Source: Chitinophagaceae bacterium
GTDB lineage: Bacteria; Bacteroidota; Bacteroidia; Chitinophagales; Chitinophagaceae
DNA length: 64,000 nt
Assembly: GCA_019695015.1 (NCBI GenBank)
Contig: JAIBAV010000067.1
Coordinates: 3,396 to 67,395 of the forward strand
Direction: 5' to 3'
Positions 56,979 to 64,000 of this stretch are shown piece by piece (within the stretch, counting starts at the first letter, position 1; every line of letters starts with the position of its first letter). Both the position numbers and the translations under genes were made by a program. Below the pieces are notes generated by a model, which saw only the letters and a list, made by a program, of their open reading frames with translations, was not told the origin of the DNA and made no database searches.

Positions 56979-58112
56979 TTATAAACGTTGCTTAATTATT
57001 GGCAAAATATTATTCTTCCAACTATAAAAATTATTACTTAATATTTGATTTCTGGCTTCGTTAACTAACCATAAGTAAAAAGATAGGTTTTGAAGACTTG
57101 CAATTTGTAATCCTAATATTTCATCTGCAACAAATAAATGCCTTAAATAAGCTTTAGAATAAAAATTACTAATTTCTGAAGGCAAGCCAGTATCAATTGG
57201 CGAAAAATCTGTTGCCCATTTCTTATTTTTTATATTAATAACACCTTGTGTAGTAAATAACATTCCATTTCTTCCATTTCTTGTTGGCATCACACAATCA
57301 AACATATCAACCCCTAAAGCTATACATTCAATAATATCCCATGGGGTACCAACACCCATTAAGTACCTAGGTTTTTGGTAAGGTAAATTCTCGCAGCAAA
57401 GAGCAGTAAATTCATACATCATTTCAATAGGTTCTCCAACACTTAGTCCACCAATGGCATTGCCTGTTGTGTGCAAACTACTTACAAAATCGCAAGAAGC
57501 CTTTCTTAAATCTTTATAAGTGCTACCTTGTACAATTGGAAATAAATTTTGAGTATAGCCATATTTATCAGGTGTTTCTGATAACCTGTTTATGCAACGC
57601 TGCAACCATCTATGAGTTAACTCCATACTTTTTTGTGCATAGGTATAATTACTAGGGTAAGGTGGGCATTCATCAAAAGCCATAATTATATCTGCACCAA
57701 TGCTTCTCTCAATATCCATTACTTTTTCTGGTGTAAACAAATGCCTACTACCATCAATATGGCTTTGAAATAAAACCCCATCTTCTGTAATTTTTCTGTT
57801 AGCAGCCAACGAAAAAACCTGATATCCACCACTATCAGTTAATATAGGTTTATGCCAACCATTAAATTTATGTAAGCCTCCGGCTGCCTCTAAAATATCT
57901 ACACCTGGGCGTAAGTATAAATGATAAGTATTGCCTAAAATTATTTGAGCCTGAACATCAATACAAAGTTGTTGTTGCGTAACTGCTTTTACGCTACCTA
58001 CTGTACCAACTGGCATAAAAATTGGAGTAAGTATTTCGCCATGGTCTGTAATAATTTTTCCGGCTCTTGCTAAATTTTCAGTATGCTGTAGTTGAAATGA
58101 AAGTTGAGGCAT
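56979..58112 (-). CDS. tgt: tRNA-guanosine(34) transglycosylase
   Basis: Motifs TPIFMPVGT, LTDSGGYQV and FDCVMPTRNGRNG. Start set at Met13 because a -7 box lies inside the longer ORF. Confidence 0.92.
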   Translation of the reverse strand: MPQLSFQLQHTENLARAGKIITDHGEILTPIFMPVGTVGSVKAVTQQQLCIDVQAQIILGNTYHLYLRPGVDILEAAGGLHKFNGWHKPILTDSGGYQVFSLAANRKITEDGVLFQSHIDGSRHLFTPEKVMDIERSIGADIIMAFDECPPYPSNYTYAQKSMELTHRWLQRCINRLSETPDKYGYTQNLFPIVQGSTYKDLRKASCDFVSSLHTTGNAIGGLSVGEPIEMMYEFTALCCENLPYQKPRYLMGVGTPWDIIECIALGVDMFDCVMPTRNGRNGMLFTTQGVINIKNKKWATDFSPIDTGLPSEISNFYSKAYLRHLFVADEILGLQIASLQNLSFYLWLVNEARNQILSNNFYSWKNNILPIIKQRL

Positions 58113-58119
58113 AAACCAA

Positions 58120-58127
58120 CAAAAATA
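58120..58127 (-). promoter_or_regulatory. -7 promoter box (TAttTTTG on the minus strand), 7 nt upstream of the tgt ATG
   Basis: The plus strand reads CAAAAATA. Confidence 0.35.
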
Positions 58128-58195
58128 TAATTTTAAATTGTATAACAATTTATATTAAAATTATTTTCAGAAATGGGGCATATTTTTTTATTGAT

Positions 58196-58203
58196 TATTT
58201 TTG
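58196..58203 (+). promoter_or_regulatory. -7 promoter box TAttTTTG upstream of the M48 peptidase gene
   Basis: Exact match, 18 nt before the ATG at 58222. Confidence 0.35.
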
Positions 58204-58221
58204 CAAACTATTTTATAAATT

Positions 58222-59040
58222 ATGAATTATAAGTTAATAAGTTTAAGTGTTGTAATAGCTACGCTATTAATTGCTTGTCAAACAAACTCAATAACAGGTA
58301 GGTCGCAATTAAGTTTAGTATCCGAAACAGAAGTGCAAACAATGGCAAAAACACAATACCGCCAGTTTTTAAGCCAAAGTAAAGTTGTTAGTACAAATAC
58401 TAGTAAAGATGCTGAAATGGTAAATAGAATTGGTAAAAGAATTTCTACTGCAATTACAAAATATTATACAGAGCAAGGATTAAGCAATGAACTTATAGGC
58501 TACGAATGGGAGTATCATTTGGTAGATAGTAAAGAGGTAAATGCTTGGTGCATGCCAGGTGGTAAAATTGTTGTTTATACTGGTTTGTTGCCAGTAACAC
58601 AAAATGAAGCAGCATTGGCTGTTGTAATGGGGCACGAAGTTGCTCATGCATTGGCAAGGCATGGTAATGAAAGAATGAGCCAAGGATTATTACAACAATT
58701 AGGAGGTGTTGCATTAAGTACTGCTTTATCTAATAAACCACAACAAACTCAAAATTTATTTATGTCTGCTTATGGTATCAGTTCACAAGTTGGCTTTATG
58801 TTGCCACATAGCCGTAAACAAGAATTAGAAGCAGATAAATTTGGATTAAGATATGCAGCATTAGCTGGTTATAATATTAGAGAAGCAATACCACTTTGGG
58901 AAAGGATGGAAAAAATGAGTGCAGGGCAAAAAACACCAGAGTTTTTAAGTACTCACCCACAAGAGGAAAGAAGAATAAAAGACCTTCAAAAAATAATGGA
59001 TGAAACTATTAGAGATTATTATAGACCCATATCCAAATAA
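58222..59040 (+). CDS. M48-family zinc metallopeptidase lipoprotein
   Basis: 272 aa. Lipobox LLIAC, zinc site GHEVAHAL, and a downstream E...D. Confidence 0.85.
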   Translation: MNYKLISLSVVIATLLIACQTNSITGRSQLSLVSETEVQTMAKTQYRQFLSQSKVVSTNTSKDAEMVNRIGKRISTAITKYYTEQGLSNELIGYEWEYHLVDSKEVNAWCMPGGKIVVYTGLLPVTQNEAALAVVMGHEVAHALARHGNERMSQGLLQQLGGVALSTALSNKPQQTQNLFMSAYGISSQVGFMLPHSRKQELEADKFGLRYAALAGYNIREAIPLWERMEKMSAGQKTPEFLSTHPQEERRIKDLQKIMDETIRDYYRPISK

Positions 59041-59180
59041 TTTATTACTGATTTTCAATAGGTTAAAAAATACTGGTTGTTAAAATTACATTTCTATCTT
59101 TAATAGACTAAAAAAAATCAATAAATTATTATAACTTTGCACTTCTTTTTTTACATCACCTGAAAAACCAATTTTAGGAT

Positions 59181-59831
59181 ATGTCTAACTTAAGTTTATT
59201 TGAAAAATTAACATTACAAGACGAAAAAAACCTTTTAATTCAAGGTGTGCCTTCTGGAATTGAAAAGCAATTTTCTAAACTATCTTATGCCAAAAATGTA
59301 ACTCCTCTTTTAAAAATAAAGAAGGTAGATTTTGCATTAGTTTTTGCAGTAAACAAAATACAATTAAATAATGTAGTAAGAGAAGTATTGTGTGTACTAC
59401 GTGATAATAGTAAGTTTTGGATTGCATGCCCTAAGCCAACAAGTAAAATAGTAAGCGATTTAAATAGAGACTGCAGTTGGGATGTATTAAAAAACAATGG
59501 TTACGAACGTGTAGAAACTGTAGATATAGATCATATGTGGAGTGCTGTACAATTTAAAAGAAATTTAGAATTACCAATTGTACAACCTGAACCTAAAATT
59601 GAAAGTGCAATTGCTTTTGAAAAAAGTTTAATACACTACCCAATTGAGCTTGAAAGAATTTTTGCAAAACATAAAAATGTAAAAGATTTTTTTGTATCGC
59701 TTCCTACTACCAACCAAAAAGAATATTTATCTTGGATACAAGCTGCTAAAAGGGCAGATACAAGACAAAGAAGATTGGATGTAGTTTTAGAAAAATTAAT
59801 GGCAGGCAAAAAAAAGCCTTCTGAGAAATAA
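59181..59831 (+). CDS. YdeI/OmpD-associated family protein
   Basis: 216 aa with the C-terminal pattern KEYLSWIQAAKRADTRQRRLDVVLEKL. Confidence 0.6.
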   Translation: MSNLSLFEKLTLQDEKNLLIQGVPSGIEKQFSKLSYAKNVTPLLKIKKVDFALVFAVNKIQLNNVVREVLCVLRDNSKFWIACPKPTSKIVSDLNRDCSWDVLKNNGYERVETVDIDHMWSAVQFKRNLELPIVQPEPKIESAIAFEKSLIHYPIELERIFAKHKNVKDFFVSLPTTNQKEYLSWIQAAKRADTRQRRLDVVLEKLMAGKKKPSEK

Positions 59832-59837
59832 CCCCAA

Positions 59838-59869
59838 AACACCTTACAAATTGTAAGGTGTTTTTTTTT
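59838..59869 (+). terminator. rho-independent terminator after the ydeI-like gene
   Basis: CACCTTACA-AAT-TGTAAGGTG hairpin followed by T9. Confidence 0.8.
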
Positions 59870-59883
59870 GCTATTATACCTTG

Positions 59884-59891
59884 TAGATTTG
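59884..59891 (+). promoter_or_regulatory. -7 promoter box TAgaTTTG, 11 nt upstream of the ATG at 59903
   Basis: Exact TAnnTTTG match. Confidence 0.35.
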
Positions 59892-59902
59892 TATAATTAG
59901 TT

Positions 59903-61129
59903 ATGAATACAAAAACCTTAATTGTTATTGGTGGCGGTGCTGCTGGTTTTTTTTGTGCCATTAATGCTGCTAGATATAATAAAAATCTTAAAATAATTAT
60001 TGTAGAAAAGACGAATAAACTGCTAAGTAAAGTAAAAGTAAGTGGTGGTGGAAGATGCAATGTAACACATGATTGTTATGAAATAAATGAATTAATAAAA
60101 CACTATCCAAGAGGTAATAATTTTTTAAAAAAAGCATTTCATTGGTTTAATACTACACATACTTTAGAATGGTTTAAAGCCGAAGGAATAGAGTTGAAGA
60201 AGGAAGAAGATGGTAGAATGTTTCCTAAAACCAACAGTTCTCAAACAATTATAGATTGCCTTTTACATTTAGCCAATTACTATAACATTGAAATTTTGTT
60301 AAGCAGCGATGTTATTAAGATAAATAAACTTAATGATCTGTTTACCCTGCAATTAGCAAATAATAAAGTATTAAACTGTAATTTTTTATGTATTGCAACA
60401 GGTGGTTATAGCAAAGCCTTGCAGTTTAAATGGCTTGAAGATATAGGCCATACAATAGAAAAACCTGTTCCATCTTTATTTACTTTTAATATTCCTAATA
60501 ATACAATAACAACATTAATGGGCATAAGTGTTGAGTATGCAACCATAAAAATTATTGGCACAAAATTTCAATATAGTGGACCATTGTTAATAACTCACTG
60601 GGGTATAAGTGGCCCAGCAGTTTTAAAATTATCTGCTTTTGCTGCTCAGGAGTTAAACCTTAAAAATTATCAATTTAAAATTCAAATTAATTGGTTGAAA
60701 GATTGGACAGAACAATCCTTAAGAGAAGATTGGAATAGCTTTCGTGAACAATATTCCTCAAATAAAATTTATAATAAAAATCCTTTTCAATTACCCAATA
60801 GATTATGGCAGTTTATACTTCAACAAAGTAGTATTAAGGAAGATGCACAATGGGCCAATTTATTAAGTAAACAACAAAATTGTTTAATAAAAAACCTTAC
60901 TGCCATGGATTTAGAGGTGAATGGTAAAACTACTTTTAAAGAAGAGTTTGTAACCTGTGGTGGTATTAAATTAAACGAAATTGATGTGAATACAATGCAA
61001 AGTAAAATTATACCACATTTGTTTTTTGCAGGAGAAGTACTAAATGTAGATGGTATTACAGGAGGTTTTAATTTTCAAAATGCATGGACAACTGGCTTTA
61101 TTGCAGCAAAGGGAATTGCAGAAAGTTAA
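59903..61129 (+). CDS. HI0933/BaiN-family NAD(P)/FAD-dependent oxidoreductase
   Basis: 408 aa. Motifs LIVIGGGAAGFF, VSGGGRCNVTH and a C-terminal GEVLNVDGITGGFNFQ. Confidence 0.85.
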   Translation: MNTKTLIVIGGGAAGFFCAINAARYNKNLKIIIVEKTNKLLSKVKVSGGGRCNVTHDCYEINELIKHYPRGNNFLKKAFHWFNTTHTLEWFKAEGIELKKEEDGRMFPKTNSSQTIIDCLLHLANYYNIEILLSSDVIKINKLNDLFTLQLANNKVLNCNFLCIATGGYSKALQFKWLEDIGHTIEKPVPSLFTFNIPNNTITTLMGISVEYATIKIIGTKFQYSGPLLITHWGISGPAVLKLSAFAAQELNLKNYQFKIQINWLKDWTEQSLREDWNSFREQYSSNKIYNKNPFQLPNRLWQFILQQSSIKEDAQWANLLSKQQNCLIKNLTAMDLEVNGKTTFKEEFVTCGGIKLNEIDVNTMQSKIIPHLFFAGEVLNVDGITGGFNFQNAWTTGFIAAKGIAES

Positions 61130-61171
61130 TTTATACTATTTACTGGTTTGTAATTTTTTAAAATTGGATAA

Positions 61172-61831
61172 TTAACTCCATGAAACCTGTTTTATGAAAG
61201 GGAAATTTTTAATTTGGTTAATTATTTTTTCAATCTCTTCTGAGTGGTCATTTTCAAATTCTAAAATATAAATATATTCATCCTCGATTTTTTCAAATTG
61301 TAGGTTGGTGATTATAGATGTACTTATAAGTTTATTAAGTAGCTGCTTATTTTCTTCGTTTAAGCTTGTAATAATTCTTAGTGTTTTATTTTTTTTCTTA
61401 AAATAATTTAGTTCTAAAGGTTTTAAAGCCCATAAAATAATAATAGCAATAATTGTAACAAATACTGCTGCAAAATACATTCCACCGCCTGTTGCTAGGC
61501 CAATAGCAGCCACTGTCCATAAACCAGAGGCTGTTGTTAGTCCACGTATTGTACCTTGCTTTAATAATAAAATAGTTCCTGCACCAATAAAACCAATTCC
61601 ACTAACAACTTGTGCTGCAATTCTAGAAGGGTCGAGTGTAACGTTTGGTGTGCCTAAAATATCCTTAAATCCAAAAGCAGAAACCATCATTATTAAACAA
61701 GAACCTACACATACCATCATGTGTGTTCTTAAGCCTGCTGCCCAATGTTTTCTTTCTCTTTCTAAACCAATTAAAGCACCTAAAAATGAAGCAAGTAAAA
61801 TACGAATAATTATTTCTTGATAAGGTAACAT
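61172..61831 (-). CDS. mgtC: MgtC/SapB family membrane protein
   Basis: 219 aa. Pattern GALIGLERERKHWAAGLRTHMMVCVGS, plus a soluble ACT-like C-terminal domain. Confidence 0.8.
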   Translation of the reverse strand: MLPYQEIIIRILLASFLGALIGLERERKHWAAGLRTHMMVCVGSCLIMMVSAFGFKDILGTPNVTLDPSRIAAQVVSGIGFIGAGTILLLKQGTIRGLTTASGLWTVAAIGLATGGGMYFAAVFVTIIAIIILWALKPLELNYFKKKNKTLRIITSLNEENKQLLNKLISTSIITNLQFEKIEDEYIYILEFENDHSEEIEKIINQIKNFPFIKQVSWS

Positions 61832-61917
61832 AAAGTTTGGAGTTTTGAATAAAGTGAATACTCCAAAATAGGATACAAAAATTATGCTAATAAATCAAGT
61901 AGTAAAAGAGCCATGCA

Positions 61918-62478
61918 TTATTCACCACTTATCATTTTAGAAGTTATACCTTTTTTATTAGAATGTTCGGCTGAATATACTCCTCCAATATGTAATATCA
62001 TAAAAATAGGAAACCAGTACAAGCCCCATTTGTGAATATCTTCAATGGCATCTTCATACGTTGCAAAAAAACCATTTTCTAAACAAATACCTGTAAATGC
62101 AGATATAGTGACAAACACATAAAAGTAAACATAAGTTAAGCCTTGAATTTTTTCTTTAAAATTAATATTTGTTTTAAATGGATTAGTAAATTTTATCCCT
62201 TTTAAAACCATATATATAATTCTAACAATTAAAGTTATAATCATTACTTTGGCAAATATTTCGTGCCATTGCCACATAGGTTCTCTTATAGTTTTAATTA
62301 TTCCACCAATTTGTTCTTTAGTTAAGGGTGCATCGGTTGTTTTGTAATTAATTGCATTTGCAATGGTGGTTTTACTCATCCAATTCATTCTTAAAAAACC
62401 TGTAATAAACAAAATCATCATAGCCAATGCAGTAACCCAATGTAACAAACGATGTAATTTGGTGAAATTATTTTTCAT
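61918..62478 (-). CDS. cytochrome b561 / b-type cytochrome membrane protein
   Basis: 186 aa with 4 TM segments. Conserved His residues lie in TM1 (LHRLLHW) and TM4 (HIGGV). Confidence 0.6.
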   Translation of the reverse strand: MKNNFTKLHRLLHWVTALAMMILFITGFLRMNWMSKTTIANAINYKTTDAPLTKEQIGGIIKTIREPMWQWHEIFAKVMIITLIVRIIYMVLKGIKFTNPFKTNINFKEKIQGLTYVYFYVFVTISAFTGICLENGFFATYEDAIEDIHKWGLYWFPIFMILHIGGVYSAEHSNKKGITSKMISGE

Positions 62479-62490
62479 ATTATAAATTTA

Positions 62491-62952
62491 TTATTCAAAA
62501 AAGTTACCAAAGCTTTGATAAGATTGTTCAATTTTTGAAACAATTTCTTTTGCTTTTGTTGCATCTGTAGTTGCCTCCAAATCTTCTACAAGTTTTAAAT
62601 GAGGCTCTAACCATTTATGTAATTCATCGTGGCTTTTGCCTGTCATGGTGCAGCTTTTAATTAATAAATTATTTTGCTCTATTAAACTTTTAGCTAAAGA
62701 TTTATAATCTGTATTATTGGTTTTTAGAAATTCAGCTACTAATTTTTGGCCTTCTGTTATAAAAGGTTTCATTTCAATATTTATCAGCCATTTATTACCA
62801 TTATTTAGTTCTATTACTTCAGAAGTTTCGTTGTGTGTTTCTTGTTGTTTTTCTTGTATGGTAGTATCTATAGTAGGTTTATTATTTTCTGCGTTGTTTT
62901 TACAACTCCACAAAATAATACTACTTGCCGCTAAGAAAATTATTTTTTTCAT
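62491..62952 (-). CDS. hypothetical lipoprotein
   Basis: 153 aa. Lipobox ILWSC followed by a helical body. 12-nt gap to the downstream cytochrome b gene. Confidence 0.55.
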   Translation of the reverse strand: MKKIIFLAASSIILWSCKNNAENNKPTIDTTIQEKQQETHNETSEVIELNNGNKWLINIEMKPFITEGQKLVAEFLKTNNTDYKSLAKSLIEQNNLLIKSCTMTGKSHDELHKWLEPHLKLVEDLEATTDATKAKEIVSKIEQSYQSFGNFFE

Positions 62953-63028
62953 GATGATAAAAAGGTTTTAAAATGAATTGGTGTAAAGATAAGTTATGTA
63001 TAAATACATTGTTAGAGGAAGGAGTTTC

Positions 63029-63781
63029 TTATTTCTTTGTCTTTGGTTCATTTGTTGCCGAATTAAATTTCACTAACTTTTCCCATTCTATATCTCCATA
63101 GTCGTTGCAAAATTCGTTTGAAAATTGTTTCGTAAACTTGTTTATCATTTGAGAATACGATTTTACAAATTCATCATTTTTCTCTTTTGCTTTGTGCCCA
63201 AGTGGTTCAATTATTTCTGTAAATAAGCTGGTGTTACCCGAAATAAATTCCCAAAACCTTTGTCCACAATATTTGAAATAATCGCCTTTGTCTGGCTGAT
63301 TATCTCTGCCATAACAACAACCATTTACAGCAACAATGTTTAATTGTGAGTTACTTGTTCGTAATGCTTTTTTTGCAGTTTTAAAGTCAGCAACCATTTT
63401 AGCAATTTGTGAACTGTTTCCCCAATTTGGACCTGATTTGATTGTAACAATATGTCTAATGTTATTATTATCAAATTCTAAATCAAGTCCTGTAATTCCT
63501 GATTTATAACCACCATATACTTTTCCATTTATAAAAATGGCAAGTCCTTCTAACCAATCACCAAAAATAGTTTCCTCATTTGAAGAAATATGAGCATCAA
63601 CGATTCCTCTAATAATTTGTTCTGCTGTAAGTACAAATTTTGCTTTGAACAAATAAGGATTTTTTCTTCTCAGCACTTGAGAGAGTTTCAAGCTATCAAG
63701 GCTTTGAATTCTTTTTTGGTGAAAAATTCCAATATTATTTTCAACGTACCGTGTAACGTCTTTCAGATTTAGTTTTTGCAT
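63029..63781 (-). CDS. type II restriction endonuclease (TdeIII-like, tentative)
   Basis: 250 aa, immediately downstream of and overlapping a DNA methyltransferase gene. The motifs RRKNPYLFKAK, SSNEETIFGDWLE, GLDLEF...IVTIKSGPNWGNS match my recollection of the TdeIII family. Contains a plausible PD-(D/E)xK-like D...xIK core. Confidence 0.6.
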   Translation of the reverse strand: MQKLNLKDVTRYVENNIGIFHQKRIQSLDSLKLSQVLRRKNPYLFKAKFVLTAEQIIRGIVDAHISSNEETIFGDWLEGLAIFINGKVYGGYKSGITGLDLEFDNNNIRHIVTIKSGPNWGNSSQIAKMVADFKTAKKALRTSNSQLNIVAVNGCCYGRDNQPDKGDYFKYCGQRFWEFISGNTSLFTEIIEPLGHKAKEKNDEFVKSYSQMINKFTKQFSNEFCNDYGDIEWEKLVKFNSATNEPKTKK

Positions 63782-64000
63782 ATTCTACCGTTGGCTCAAA
63801 TAGGGTTAATTCTATTGTATTAAATTGCTTTTTTACCATTTCAAAATATTCTGGCATTATTTCTATTCCAATAGAATTTCGTATCATTCTGTTTGCAACA
63901 GTCAATGTTGTTCCTGAACCCATAAAAGGGTCAAGCACTGTATCGTATTTTTTGGTAAAAAGTTTAATAAACCATTCAGGTAATTCTTCTGGAAAAGCTG
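63741..64000 (-). CDS. beta-class N4-cytosine/N6-adenine DNA methyltransferase (C-terminal part; truncated by the window edge)
   Basis: The frame is open to position 64000 and reads ...FPEELPEWFIKLFTKKYDTVLDPFMGSGTT..., the SAM-binding motif I of PF01555-type methyltransferases located near the C-terminus. Confidence 0.8.
   Translation of the reverse strand, partial: AFPEELPEWFIKLFTKKYDTVLDPFMGSGTTLTVANRMIRNSIGIEIMPEYFEMVKKQFNTIELTLFEPTVEYAKTKSERRYTVR

Noticed and set aside
1-64000. CRISPR arrays, rRNA genes, IS elements/transposases, integrases, prophage genes
   Set aside because: I scanned for regularly spaced direct repeats, rRNA-like conserved blocks and DDE or tyrosine-recombinase motifs in the translations and found none. 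By-eye scanning could miss short or degenerate elements.

Overview
This is an AT-rich chromosomal segment, about 30% G+C in coding blocks by hand count. It has Bacteroidota hallmarks: a T9SS C-terminal sorting domain, a PorP/SprF gene, TAnnTTTG -7 promoter boxes and weak Shine-Dalgarno usage. Most of the window is densely packed core genome. It holds a heptose-nucleotide pathway (hddA-gmhA-gmhB), panB, SRP RNA, transaldolase/FSA, aspS, mrdA-rodA, tRNA-Gln and prs. It also holds trxA, an ECF sigma/anti-sigma pair, gcdH, smpB, rsmA, dtd, arfB and the rplM-rpsI-rpsB-tsf block. Further along are ung, plsC, apbC, two ABC exporters, aroE, a PglF/PglE/PglC-like sugar-initiation module and tgt. I saw no rRNA, CRISPR array, transposase or integrase.

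The accessory-looking content is limited to two places:
- A compositionally patchy, inverted-repeat-bounded PIN/HTH toxin-antitoxin cassette at about 34.9-36.35 kb. It has an unexplained GC-rich non-coding flank and sits next to the ribosomal-protein operon.
- A type II restriction-modification pair, cut by the right window edge.

Other items worth a second look:
- an arfB-mbnP-mbnH operon with ATGA coupling
- an orphan exosortase-family membrane protein
- an ABC exporter coupled to a LolA-fold lipoprotein
- an orphan PorP/SprF gene
- an SRP RNA hidden under a spurious ORF call

All family assignments come from motifs read in the supplied translations and recalled family signatures. No database search was run. 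I found no clearly novel multi-gene system and do not claim one; the TA island with its flank is the best candidate.
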